A DNA stretch of 63,018 nt, filler included, from Octopus bimaculoides (lineage: Eukaryota), in NCBI RefSeq assembly GCF_001194135.2. It is 5 parts of 3 records of this genome, joined end to end, with 100 filler letters (N's around TTAATTAATTAA, not from the genome) between each part and the next. Parts side by side here need not be neighbours in the genome. Positions count along the whole stretch, not along the records: positions 1 to 14,032 come from NC_068993.1; positions 14,133 to 30,612 come from NC_068987.1; 3 more parts are not named here. The stretch is one strand, 5' to 3'. The notes under the pieces are model-generated. The model was not told where the DNA came from. It was given only the letters and a program-made list of their open reading frames with translations, and made no database searches. Position 1 is the first letter of the stretch, and each line of letters begins with the position of its first letter. Positions 12,846 to 25,291 of the stretch are shown here, piece after piece. The position numbers and the translations under genes are program-made.

Positions 12846-13709
12846 GGTCACTTTTTCCTTCTCTCTCTGTATACGCATATATATATACATTCACTTTATT
12901 TTAAACTGTTCCATTCGTTTAGTTTCGGCTATGCAAGGGCAGCTCTGTCATGAGTGTGGTCCATCAAATTGAATCCAGAACCTATTTTCAATTTCGTACT
13001 TACTCTAAAGGCGTATTTTAACCGAATCGTTACGTTGCGGAAACGTAAACAACCTAAAGCCAAACGTCAGAAGACAAACACAAAGATAAACACAAGCACA
13101 AANNNNNNNNNNNNNNNNNNNNNNNNNNNNNNNNNNNNNNNNNNNNNNNNNNNNNNNNNNNNNNNNNNNNNNNNNNNNNNNNNNNNNNNNNNNNNNNNNN
13201 NNNNNNNNNNNNNNNNNNNNNNNNNNNNNNNNNNNNNNNNNNNNNNNNNNNNNNNNNNNNNNNNNNNNNNNNNNNNNNNNNNNNNNNNNNNNNNNNNNNN
13301 NNNNNNNNNNNNNNNNNNNNNNNNNNNNNNNNNNNNNNNNNNNNNNNNNNNNNNNNNNNNNNNNNNNNNNNNNNNNNNNNNNNNNNNNNNNNTATCTATC
13401 TATCTATCTATATATCTTTCTTCTTACCCATCTCCCCCTCTCCTTCTGCTTCCTTATGTTGTCCTCCTTGCTTCTCGACTTTACTGCTATACACATCTCT
13501 CTCTACCTCCCTGTCTCTCACGTTTGTTCCACTTCCTCCCTCTACCACTCCTCTCTGCTCACATGTGACTTGTGGTCAATTCTCTCTTTCTAACTCCAGC
13601 CACCATGAAGGCGAGACGAACCTGTTTTTTTCTCCGTCCAGCTTCGTCATATCACTAGCGTTCAATATTCGATTCGCGTGTGGCCCTACGGCTTTTTAAT
13701 GTTGTTTTC

Positions 13710-13905
13710 ACTGTCCATTTTTTCCTATCTTGGTTTGTGTTTGCTATCTTGGTATTCTCTGTTTAGTGGGTTGATCCACTACTCAGGAAGAGACTATTCT
13801 AAGAGTGCGTCCTGCGTTATCTTCGAAACACCTAGTTTTAGAATAGAGGCAGCTGATGAAGAATTAATCCAAGTGGCTTTTTGTTTTTCTATGTGTTCGT
13901 TCCGT
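13710..13905 (+). repeat. Interspersed repeat with GAAAC...CTGATGA motif, same family as 23040-23310
   Basis: ggaagagactattctaagagtgcgtcctgcgttatcttcgaaac..gagg cagctgatgaag aligns with the reverse complement of 23140-23230. Confidence 0.6.
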
Positions 13906-14076
13906 TGTCTGTAGTTAATTTTTTTTAACGTCCTGTACCTGAATATGCATCTGTATACACATGTAGATGTATGTACATATATGTGTGTATACATGCTTAT
14001 ATATCCGTTGTATTATATATATATATATATATNNNNNNNNNNNNNNNNNNNNNNNNNNNNNNNNNNNNNNNNNNNN

Positions 14077-14088
14077 TTAATTAATTAA
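14077..14088. other. Assembly spacer TTAATTAATTAA (also at 30657, 42787, 48767)
   Basis: Identical 12-mer centred in 44N+12+44N gaps; stops in all six frames. Confidence 0.95.
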
Positions 14089-14605
14089 NNNNNNNNNNNN
14101 NNNNNNNNNNNNNNNNNNNNNNNNNNNNNNNNATATATATATATATATATATATATAAATAATACAGAATGGGACAAGAACGCAAAACATCCAGACAGAC
14201 AATACAAAGAAAACAAGGACAGGTCATTCGGAGTTTTCTTTCCTCAGTTGAGATCCAGATTATCTTTGCAATTTCGGCTGGTTATACTCGATATTGCTCC
14301 AACCTGGCTAGCCCCAAGGAAAAACTAAACTAAGACCATTAGATTCCTTGGAATCTTTATTCGTGTATTAAGGCTACCATTGGTTTCATGTTAAGAAAAT
14401 ATCTTGACGTCTTAATTTTTCAAGCCAATCAAAATGAAGATCAACACCATTCCTCTATGTGATTGGCTTGGAAAAATGTTTAAGATATTTTGATATTTTT
14501 CTTAACATGAAACTATCGGTAGCCTTAGTACACAGACAAAGAAATTTTATTAACCTATGTGATGTTAAGCACTCATTTTCATTGTTTGAAAGTTACATAT
14601 ATATA

Positions 14606-14952
14606 TACAGGGTGTGGACAGTATTTGAGGAGAGATTTATGGTTTTAAAAACACGCTTATATGATAACAGAAAAAAACTGTATTTTTATAAAAATGGCAT
14701 AAACATAAAGGTAAATTATCAGTTTAATAACTTCATCCAATAAACCCACCATAAGCATCAATAACTGCTTCTACATGGAGTCAAAATCATTTACAAGCTT
14801 AGATTAAGGGGTCCTTGTTTATATTAGACATGACTTGAACTATGGTGGCTTTCAAAAATTTTTGGTGCTATAGAAGTGTTCATTTACATTTTTCTCAACG
14901 ATGCATCATACATAGTAGTCCAGTGGATAGAGATTTGGAGAATTAGGAGGAC
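14606..14952 (-). mobile_element. Tc1/mariner (maT/rosa-like, DDxD) transposase C-terminal relic with 3' TIR
   Basis: Minus strand CPPNSPNLYPLDYYV*CIVEKNVNEH...LKATIVQVMSNINKD.LI*ACK*F*LHVEAVIDAYGGFIG* (stop 14733); TIR-like TACAGGGTGTGGAC at 14606. Confidence 0.8.
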
Positions 14953-15250
14953 ATGATGATGATAACGATGAGGATGATGGTGATGATGATGGAATTATAA
15001 CAATGATGATGATGATGATGATGACAATGATGATGATGAAGATGATGATGATGGCAACAATGGTGATGATGGTGGTGATGAGGATGATGATGATGATGAA
15101 GACGACAATGACAATGACAAAGATGATGATGATGATGCTACTGCTGCTGCTGATGATGATGATGACGACGACACTGATGACAACAACGACAATGATGGTG
15201 ACAATGACGACGACAATGATGATGATGACAACAATGACGATGATAACTAC
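14953..15250. repeat. (GAT/GAC)n trinucleotide tract
   Basis: Direct reading; explains the poly-Met/poly-Ser ORFs. Confidence 0.95.
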
Positions 15251-15744
15251 ATTAAATATGTCCTTCCTTTACTAAGACAAACGGATGTTCTCTTGAGAGA
15301 ATTTCGCTACTATTTCCAAACATTCGAAAGACAACATAGAAGAAGCTCTCTCATTGGCTCATTAAAAATTATTTGTAGTTGAAACTGGTTTATAAGATTT
15401 CCTCGGTCCATTATATCAATGATAAAGTCACATGATCTTATCATAATGTTGTCTGGCTATAGAATGATAGATATTGCATTGTGCTATTTTTGTATATTGT
15501 CTCTCTCTCTGATCTTCGTTGCTATAGTCTGCAGTAAGGAATGCAGTAATCATTTGGAGAATGACATTAATGGGAAAGTCAATACATTCTCTGCAAAGTT
15601 TTGGTGTATTCAGAGATGAGGTGTGTTCAGATATTACTAAACTCACTTCATGGCTAAGCATTGTATTTCTGTGTGAAATCATCATTGTTGTTCTTATTGT
15701 TCTTGTTGTTGTGGCTGTTGTTCTCTAGCCTTAGTGTGGTATCT

Positions 15745-15955
15745 CTTTTACTCTTTTACTTGTTTTAGTCATTTGACTGTGGCCATGCTGGAGCACCGCC
15801 TTTTAGTCGAGCAAATCAACCCCAGGACTTATTCTTTGTAAGTTTAGTACTTATTCTATTGTTCTCATTTGCCGAACTGCTAAGTTACGGGGACGTAAAC
15901 ACATCAACATCAGTTGTCAAGCAATGGTAGTGGGACAAACACACACACATATATA
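15745..15955 (-). mobile_element. SINE family B 3' tail
   Basis: cttttacttgttttagtcatttgactgtggccatgctggagcaccgcc...ccgaactgctaagttacggggacgtaaac. Confidence 0.9.
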
Positions 15956-16031
15956 TACTCTATATTACTCTACCTCCGGTACTCGAGTACTATTTTTTCC
16001 CACCTTGTCTCACATTTATGTACTTACTTTG

Positions 16032-16121
<90 letters not shown>

Positions 16122-16164
16122 GTATGTATGTATATGTATGTATGTAAATAAGTGTGTGTGCATG

Positions 16165-16372
16165 TGTGTGTTTGTCCCCTATCACCACTTAACAATCAGT
16201 ATTGGTTTGTTTATGCCACCATAACTTAGCAGTTCAACAAAAGAGACCACTAGAATAATTACCAGGCTTAAAAAATAAAAACAGGAGTCAATATACTTAC
16301 CTATACCCTTGAAGGTGGTGCTCCAGCATGGACACAGTCAACTGGTTAAAACAAATAAAAAAGGCCACAAAT
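16165..16372 (+). mobile_element. SINE family B 3' tail
   Basis: gtttgtcccc..aacttagcagttcaacaaaagagacc..ggtggtgctccagcatggacacagtc. Confidence 0.85.
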
Positions 16373-17284
16373 AGAAGACATGTCATTTTCCCATCCTTTA
16401 ACAATTCTTTTCGCTCACCATTTTCAAATGTCGATAATGTTGCTCTTGATGTAATAAAAACCATCTTGCAGTACTTATCTTATCAGCCAGTTCTTATTCG
16501 GTTGACCTTAGAAGCATCAAATTGCTTTTTGATATGATTAATTCTTGGTCCATACAGCCCCAGGGAGTACATGGAGAAAAAGGTAGGAGAGGATCTCCCT
16601 TTCTATAAATACTGTGATATGTGAGAGAACAAAGAGCAGCACAGACGGGCCAACACCCTGCAGGATACCTTTTTATAATTATGTATTACATCAGATGTTA
16701 TTAGTTTGTTTCAGCCTCTCAGAAATAAAGTAGTAACACTGTGTTTTCATTCGGTGATCAATGAATAAGAGATATGTGTGTGCGTGTGTGTGCATGTGTG
16801 TGCGTGTGTGTGCATGTGTGCGTGTGTGTGCACGTGCATGTGTGTGAGTGCACATGCGTGTGTTTGTATATGTGTATGTGTTTGTATATGTGTGTGCGCG
16901 TGTGTGCGTGTGTGTATGTGTGATGTGTGTGTGCATGCATGTGTGTTTGTGAGTGCATGTATGTGTCGTGTGTGTGTGCATGCATGTGTGCATGTGAGTG
17001 CACAAGTGTGTGTGCATGTTTGTGTTTGTGCATGCATGTATTTTGTGTGTGTGTGTGTGTGTTTTGTGTGTGCATGCATGTGTGTGTGTTTGTGTGTGAT
17101 CATGTGTGTGTGCGTGTGCATGTATGTGTGTTTTGTGTGTGCACGTGTGCATGCATGTGTGTTTGTATGTGTGCATGCGTGTATGTGTTTGTGTGTGTGT
17201 GTGTAAGCCAACTACACTACGGTCAAATTCATTCAGCTTTTTACTCTGTCTTCCTGGATCCTTTTGTTAACTAATCTTCTTAAT

Positions 17285-17569
17285 TTTGTGTCTTTTACTT
17301 GTTTCAGTCATTTGATTGTGGCCATGCTGGGGCACCATCTTGAAGGGTTTGGTCGACCAAGTTAACAACTCCAGTATTTATTTATTTTTTAGTCTGGTAC
17401 TCCTCATTTTATCAGCCTATTTTGTCGCACCACAAAGTTATAGGGACGTCAACAGACCAACACTGGTTATCTAGTATGGTGTTGGTGGTGGTGGTGGTGG
17501 TGGTGGTGGAAGGACAAAGATAAACATAAAGACATACATACATAAACGCACACACACACAGACAACCAG

Positions 17570-17601
<32 letters not shown>

Positions 17602-18040
17602 GAGAGCACATGGCCTAATGGATAGGATGCTGCGCACAAAATCACAAGATCAAGTGTGTGTGTTTCAATTCCTAGACTGGGTGATGTGTTATGTTCTTGA
17701 GAAACAAGTCTGCCAGGCCATTGTCCAGTGGCTTTAGGCCTGGATAGTTTGATTATGTTTGAGGATGAGAGATGCCAGTTGGCAACCATTTGGCCATGTC
17801 TAAGGAACCCTGCGTGATTTTTGTTACATACGGAGACCAAATCTTGGGAAGTGTGTTGCATGTGTGTGTGGATGTGTGTGACAAGCTTCCTTTAGTTTTT
17901 TCTCCCAAATCCACTCACAAAGCCTTGGTTGGCCTGGTGTTACAATTGAAGACATATATGCCCAAGGTGCCACAGAGTGGGACTGAACCTGGAACCATGT
18001 GATTGGGAAGTGAACTTCTTAAGCACTGAGCCATGCCTGT
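17285..18040 (-). mobile_element. SINE family B (tail 17285-17480, head 17900-18040) interrupted by microsatellite and a different tRNA-headed SINE at ~17604-17850 (+)
   Basis: Tail and head both on minus; insert starts gagcacatggcctaatggatagg..gtttcaattcc. Confidence 0.7.
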
Positions 18041-18289
18041 AGCTATTGTACGATGGATGCGGAAATTTTCAGTTGCAACCACGGCCTCGTACATAAGTTA
18101 TTTACGCCTTTGGGAAATGCATGAATGTCACAGAATCAACTGGGCTGATGGCCCTTTGCTGGATGTTGCTGATTATTAAAAATAATCACAAAATGTTGAC
18201 ATTGAAGATTTCACTTGATTTATCACATTTGTACCAAATAAATAAATCTCAAATGCATGAGATTGATTAAACCTTACCATGCATTTATA

Positions 18290-18326
<37 letters not shown>

Positions 18327-18434
18327 CTATCCACACACACACACATAAATACTTGCACGCGTTTCTTTATATCTGACTATATTTCTAAACATACAGACAT
18401 ATATTGATATACGTGTATATGTGTATTGGATAAG

Positions 18435-18470
<36 letters not shown>

Positions 18471-18665
18471 ATTAGAATGTGTCTCAGTACACATGCATGC
18501 ATCCGCACTCATATGATCACATTCATATACATGTGCCTGTATAGGTTCATGCATACATATATGTAGCTTTGTACACACATACATACACACACATATATAT
18601 GTTTGTATGTCTGAATATCAAATGATGTAAAACTTTGCACACACATACTAACACACACACGCGCG

Positions 18666-18702
<37 letters not shown>

Positions 18703-18804
18703 ACAATTTTACATTAACTGATATACATAAGTAAACAAACACAATTTGAAGGGATATTTATTTATATAAATTCCCCAACTGTTAATACATAATTTAATTT
18801 ACAT

Positions 18805-18835
<31 letters not shown>

Positions 18836-18845
18836 CATACATACA

Positions 18846-18905
<60 letters not shown>

Positions 18906-18909
18906 TACA

Positions 18910-18947
<38 letters not shown>

Positions 18948-19591
18948 TATGCGAGTAAAAATAAATACAAAAAAGGTGGGTTTTTTTTGTATGATTGTGT
19001 ATAGAGGAATATATTATTTTGCTTAAAAATATGTATGTATATATACATATACATATGCGTGCGTGTGTTTATGTAGATGATCATTTATGTTTTAGATTCA
19101 TACATCATTTTTCTCGTGTAGATATTTACAAGTTATCAATGTATGAAAGTCAATAGATAGACTCTGTTTATTCTGGTCATCCGTTGAAATAAATATATTT
19201 GATAAACAGACAACCACCAGCTTATTTGTCTGAGTTGAGGAAATGAATCTGAATCACAGTGAAACCAAAATATGTATTCTTCCAAATATTAAAGTTAATA
19301 TTTTTAAATGTATGAAGGGATTCATTTATATTCAGTATCTCATCAAGTTTATCGATGGAACTGGAGTCTTGCAATCATTTATCTTAGTGATTCTCAACCA
19401 TTTTTTTTTTACCTAGGGACCCCTTTGTTTACTAATTTATTCTGGTGGATCCCATAGCAATTACAAACTAATTCTATAGATTCTGCTTTAAAAATTCCTG
19501 TTTTGTTATTCGTACATAAATTTGTGTAGGTTGGACTGTGTAAAATGTTAGAGAAAGAAATCTAGCTGTTTCTTGCAATACATATGTTTAA

Positions 19592-19813
19592 CCCTTTCGT
19601 TACCAACCCAGCTGAAACCATCTCTGGTTCTGTAGTACAGATGTCATGTTTTTATAAGTTTTGAATTAAAATTTTCCACCAAGCCTTTATCACAATTTAT
19701 GTTCCTAACACTAGCTTAATGATTATTAAGTTATTTTACTAAATTCTTTGTTATATTTAAAATTAATTGAAAGAAGCACAAAGCATCTCAACAGAAATAT
19801 GGTAACGAAAGGG
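19592..19813. mobile_element. piggyBac-type MITE (222 bp)
   Basis: Perfect 14-bp TIRs CCCTTTCGTTACCA / TGGTAACGAAAGGG flanked by TTAA on both sides (19588-19591, 19814-19817). Confidence 0.9.
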
Positions 19814-20149
19814 TTAAAATATATAATAGAGAAACAATTCTTAACCCTTTTGATACCAACTAAGCTATCAACAAAGCTTCACAGTTTCTATCTACCCAAA
19901 ATTCTCTGGGACTTAAAACAACAATAACAACATCAGCTTATATTCAAAGGAATGATGGAGATGGTAGGTACCCAATGATGGGTACCTAAAATGCGGCAAT
20001 AACATGAAGTTATAAAGGGACCATTTGCCTGCAAACCAAAGCAACACTGGTTTTATTTCATTGACCCAGTAATGCTCTTGGAAAGGTATGAACGCCACAA
20101 CATTCATGTCTTTTCTTTTATGAATCAGATCTGTTGTGTCACAAGACAA

Positions 20150-20312
20150 AAAAAAGCACCCAGTACACTCTGTTAAGTGGTTGGCATTAGGAAGGGCATC
20201 CATGCCATAGCTGACATTCAAGCCTGACGCAGCTTTGCAGCTTGGTAGAAGCTGTCAGACCACCGGACCCATGCCAGCATGTAAAAGAGGATGTTAAAAG
20301 ACGATGGTGATA
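20150..20312 (+). mobile_element. RTE LINE 3' UTR fragment
   Basis: aaaagcacccagtacactctgttaagtggttggcattaggaagggcatcc...catgccagcatg..gatgttaaaagacgatggtgat matches 24535-24716. Confidence 0.8.
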
Positions 20313-22014
20313 TAGGGTGTGAGTTTAACCAATACAGTTTTAATGTTAGACTGTATAGTGACCTTTGTGGGTGATGGTTGTTTGTGGGCCTTCTGCTTTC
20401 AAGCGTAAAGTGAAATATAGTATAATATTAACTGTCTGAAAATTAATTATAATTAATAAGGATTGAGGGTTGAAATAGGCAAATGGGTTTCAGGGTTAAC
20501 AAATAAATGAATAACATATATATATATATATATATGATATATATATATATGATATATGATGCATATTTGTGTGTGTGTGTGTGTGTATGATGAGAGGATG
20601 TATGCATATATATATATATATATCTATGTATATATACATACATATATACGCATACAAAACAATGGTTATGGTTACAAATAAAAATGAGCATTCAAGGAGT
20701 GATAAATTATTATTGATTCATGTTTAAGAAAGAGTAAAAGATGTTAAAGAATAAAAGATTTAGACGAATAAAGAATAATGTATATATGTGTGTATATGTC
20801 CATGTCTGTATATATATATATATGCATTATAAACACGAATATATAAATACAGATGCAAACATACATACATATATATATATATGTATACGCATATTCGTTT
20901 ATGTATATATATATGTATATATATGGAATAATTGAATAGTTTGGTTGTCGTCCATTGATGTTGTTTTGTTGAAGAAGTTTGAGCAGTTCTCAAAAGATAA
21001 TTTCTCGGAAATAATTCCAACACTTATTTCTTCTTTGTATGACTAATTTTCCCAACACACACACACACACACACACAATTCTTTCTCCAAAGCTATATTT
21101 TAGCTATTGATCTTCAAAAATATTCTCTTCACAATTTCCTTTCAAATTCTCTACAGATTTTTACAGCAAATTTTATATAAATCCAGATATTGAAATATTC
21201 ACAGTTGCGATTGTTCCTTTTGTTATTATTGTTGTTATGATTGTTTATATAATTATTTTTTTGTGATTTTTTTTTTTTTTTTTTTNNNNNNNNNNTTTTT
21301 TTTTTTTTTGTTTTGTTTTTTTTTACATACATTTATGACCAAGTAATCAATGCAGCCATGTTGTCTGTTTTCTAACAATTAGTATTGAACATCTAAAAAT
21401 GTCTCAAATTGCTTTATATTACGACTGAATACCGAGAATAACCTTATCCACAAAGTTTAGCAGCAATAAATTCTAGTTGAGGGCTATTTTTATATAACAG
21501 AAATCAGACCTATGTATTTTGAGTATTCTAAGCCTGTATTACAGCCTGACACATCCAATAACCGAACAAAAGATACAACGGATATTTCTGCAGCAGTTTT
21601 CGAGGTATTTATATAACAGTTGATAAATTAGATTTCACAGTAGGTTAAAAACAGATAGCAAAATCAACAGAGATTTTGATTAACCCCTACCAAAATTCAA
21701 TCACAATTTCAAAGTTGGTGTTTTTCTTGTATTAGTTTGATTATCCATGTTATGTGTTTTTTTTTTTTTTAAAATTNNNNNNNNNNTTTTTTTTAAATTA
21801 AATGAGAAATAACGAAGTCACAAATTCATGGCTGACTGAAAAGGTCCTTTATTTGTTTCAGCCATTGTGTGTGGTGTGTGGTGTGTGCGTGTGTATATGT
21901 GTAAATGTGTGTGTGTCTATTTGTGCGTGTGTGTGTGTCTATTTGTGCGTGTGTGTGTCTATTTGTGTGTGTGTCTATTTATGTGTGTGTGTGTGTGATT
22001 AGAGTGTCATAGAA

Positions 22015-22460
22015 AGAATGGTGAGACAGATTCTTCAAGCCGTGCCAAATTGGCGGGAGACGACTTAGGCGTCGGCTAAGTGTGAGATGGTCGGATAATG
22101 TCGCTAGTCTCTGTTGGTCAAGCCTGGGAGTCCAGCCAGCAAGTCAAATGACCGTTGCTTCTGACAGGACTCTATGGAGGAGGTGACTGAGGACTCAGCC
22201 TCCATGACCCTTCCAGAAATAGCGGATAAAGAAGATGGACGGACGGATGGATGGATGGGTGGGTGAATGGGTGGATGAATGGGTGGATGGATGGGTGTAA
22301 AGATAGAAGGATGGGTGGATGGTGGGTGGATGGGTGGACGGATAGGTGGGTGCATGGGTGGATGGATGGGTGGATGGACGGGTGGATGGACAGGTGGATG
22401 GATGGGTGGATGGATGGGTGGGTGCATGGGTGGATGGATGGATGGTTGGATGGATGGGTT
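22015..22460 (+). mobile_element. 3' end of an RTE-type LINE (second family) with (GGAT)n tail
   Basis: [62 protein letters not shown] resembles the RTE C-terminal R.RGRP..RW.D...A.DR..WR motif; (GGAT/GGGT)n from ~22240. Confidence 0.75.
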
Positions 22461-22556
22461 TTAAGTCTGCTACTTATTCTATTGGTCACTTCAGTCAAAC
22501 TGCTAAGTTATAAGGAACATAAACAAACCAACACCAGGTGCCAAGTGTTGGCGAGG

Positions 22557-22588
<32 letters not shown>

Positions 22589-22745
22589 AACACAATAGGC
22601 TTCAACTCAGTTTTGATCTACCACATTCAATTGCAACGCACTGGTTGGCCCAGGGCTATAGTAGAAAACACTTACTTGCTCAAGGTACAAAACTGTGAGA
22701 GTGAACCTGAGACCACATGCTTCAAAAGAGAGGCTTTTTTTAGCC
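22460..22745 (-). mobile_element. SINE family B, decayed
   Basis: Tail tacttattctattggtc..ctgctaagtta, (CA)n, head gggctatagtagaaaacacttacttgctcaagg. Confidence 0.75.
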
Positions 22746-22757
22746 CCAAAGGCACAG

Positions 22758-22912
22758 GAGTGGCTGTGTGGTAAGAAGCTTGAATCCCAATCACATGATC
22801 CTGAGTTCATTCCCATTGCATGACAGCTTGGGCAAGTGTCTTCTACTATAGTCTCAGGCTGAAGAAAGCATTGTGAGTGGATTTAGTAGATGGAAACTGA
22901 AAGAAGCCTGTC

Positions 22913-22915
<3 letters not shown>
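22758..22915 (+). mobile_element. SINE family B head
   Basis: ggagtggctgtgtggtaagaagc..cttgggcaagtgtcttctactatagt..ggaaactgaaagaagcc. Confidence 0.9.
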
Positions 22916-22992
<77 letters not shown>

Positions 22993-23039
22993 AATATATG
23001 AGTATATGCATATATATGTACATGTATGTATATATGTTC

Positions 23040-23310
23040 ATCTACATGTACATATAGATACATAACTGGGTACATGACGTGGCAAAAGAACAAGGACAAA
23101 ATGGTAAACAAGGTGCAACAAATAAGCAGGCCACATAGAAACATCCCCTTCATCAGCTGCCACCATTAAAACTCCAGCGTTTCGAAGAATTAAGGCAGTA
23201 TGCATCGTTAAAATGGTTCTTCCCATGAACACAAATTAAATTGTTTTCGTGGAGGGTAGTGGCGGACGGAAAACAAGACAGGAAAACGAAATGGTGAAAT
23301 AAACAAACAA
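23040..23310 (-). repeat. Interspersed repeat with GAAAC...CTGATGA motif (family of 13710-13905)
   Basis: Minus strand ggaagaaccattttaacgatgcatactgccttaattcttcgaaacgctggagttttaatggtggcagctgatgaagggga. Confidence 0.6.
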
Positions 23311-23659
23311 AAAGGCTGTACAGCCAGACGTGAAGTGTGTTAGTCCTACTCGATACGTTGGGCAAGACTTTTCCTGATGTATATTTAGCCATTTACAAAG
23401 ATGATGCCCTAGGTATAACCACAAATACCAATAGACCAGCACAAGATCGGTTTAGGAAGGACATTATGCAAATAAAGGCATTTTTTGGTTGCCTTGATAA
23501 CTGACGAGGTGCCAGAGCAGATTTTTGCCTTGACATCAGAAACTCAGAGTTTTATTATAGCAACCAGATAATTGTCATAAATTATATAACAGATAAATTC
23601 CTCTATTTACATGATATCAAGGTCTCATTCATTCTTATGTTATCTTACCATTACTATTG

Positions 23660-24716
23660 ATAAAACTAGAGGTAGTCAATAGCTTCCACTATCTGGGCGA
23701 CCAAGTTAGTAGTGGGGGTGGGTGTGCTGAAAGTGTAGCTGCTAGAATAAGAATAGCCTGGGCAAAGTTTAGAGAGCTCTTACCCCTGCTGGCGACAAAG
23801 GGACTCTCACTCAGAGTAAAAGGCAGACTGTATGACGCATGCGTACGAACAGCCATGCTACATGGCAGTGAAACATGGGCTGTAACTGCTGAGGACATAC
23901 GTAAACTCGCAAGGAATGAAGCCAGTATGCTCCGTTGGATGTGTAATGTCAATGTGAATACCCGTCAGAGTGTAAGTATCTTGAGAGAAAAGCTGAACAT
24001 TAGNNNNNNNNNNNNNNNNNNNNNNNNNNNNNNNNNNNNNNNNNNNNNNNNNNNNNNNNNNNNNNNNNNNNNNNNNNNNNNNNNNNNNNNNNNNNNNNNN
24101 NNNNNNNNNNNNNNNNNNNNNNNNNNNNNNNNNNNNNNNNNNNNNNNNNNNNNNNNNNNNNNNNNNNNNNNNNNNNNNNNNNNNNNNNNNNNNNNNNNNN
24201 NNNNNNNNNNNNNNNNNNNNNNNNNNNNNNNNNNNNNNNNNNNNNNNNNNNNNNNNNNNNNNNNNNNNNNNNNNNNNNNNNNNNNNNNNNNNNNNNNNNN
24301 NNNNNNNNNNNNNNNNNNNNNNNNNNNNNNNNNNNNNNNNNNNNNNNNNNNNNNNNNNNNNNNNNNNNNNNNNNNNNNNNNNNNNNNNNNNNNNNNNNNN
24401 NNNNNNNNNNNNNNNNNNNNNNNNNNNNNNNNNNNNNNNNNNNNNNNNNNNNNNNNNNNNNNNNNNNNNNNNNNNNNNNNNNNNNNNNNNNNNNACCATT
24501 TCGAGCGTGGCCGTTTTCGTGCGGGTGACACGTAAAAGCACCCACTACACTCTCTGAGTGGTTGGCATTAGGAAGGGCATCCAGCTGTAGAAACTCTGCC
24601 AAATTAGACTGGAGCCTGGTGTTGCCATCCGGTTTCACCAGTCCTCAGTCAAATCGTCCAACCCATGCTAGCATGGAAAGCGGACGTTAAACGATGATGA
24701 TGATGATGATGATGAT
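23660..24716 (+). mobile_element. 5'-truncated RTE LINE: RT C-terminal region, gap, 3' UTR with (GAT)n tail
   Basis: LEVVNSFHYLGDQVSSGGGCAESVAARIRIAWAKFRELLPLL..LSLRVKGRLYDACVRTAMLHGSETWAV is typical RTE post-RT sequence; 3' UTR 24494-24690 ends in gatgatgat. Confidence 0.9.
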
Positions 24717-24739
24717 ATATATATATATATATATATGGT

Positions 24740-24890
24740 TTTAGGAAGGGCATCCAGCTGTAGAAAACCATGCCAAACCAAACTGGATCCTGGTGCAGCC
24801 TTGGAGTGTACCAGCCCAGTCAAACTATCCGACACATGCCAGCATAGACAACAGACGTTAAATGATGATTATGATGATGATGATGATGAT
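24740..24890 (+). mobile_element. Second, more diverged RTE 3' UTR copy in tandem
   Basis: ttaggaagggcatccagctgtagaaaacc...catgccagcatagacaacagacgttaaatgatgat. Confidence 0.8.
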
Positions 24891-25253
24891 GAAACCTATA
24901 TAATCACACACATACACACACACAACCATAACCATGAATATAAATGCTAGTAAAACGATCTTTCAGGGCCAAAACCAGTCAACCATAACATTGTTTTAGG
25001 GAAAAGAAAAGCAGACTAAAATGCGATCATTCAAACAAACACACACACATACACACACATGCACACATACATGCATACACACACTCATACACACACACAT
25101 GCACACATACACTTGTACACACACATACACACATACACATGCTCATACACATGCATGCACACATACACTCATACACACACACACCTGCACACATTTACAC
25201 ATGCACATACACACACACACCTACACACATACATACACACAGATATATACACA

Positions 25254-25291
<38 letters not shown>

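Noticed and set aside
13575-13660. Good splice acceptor followed by gccaccATG
   Set aside because: ORF is only 17 codons and lies next to an interspersed repeat
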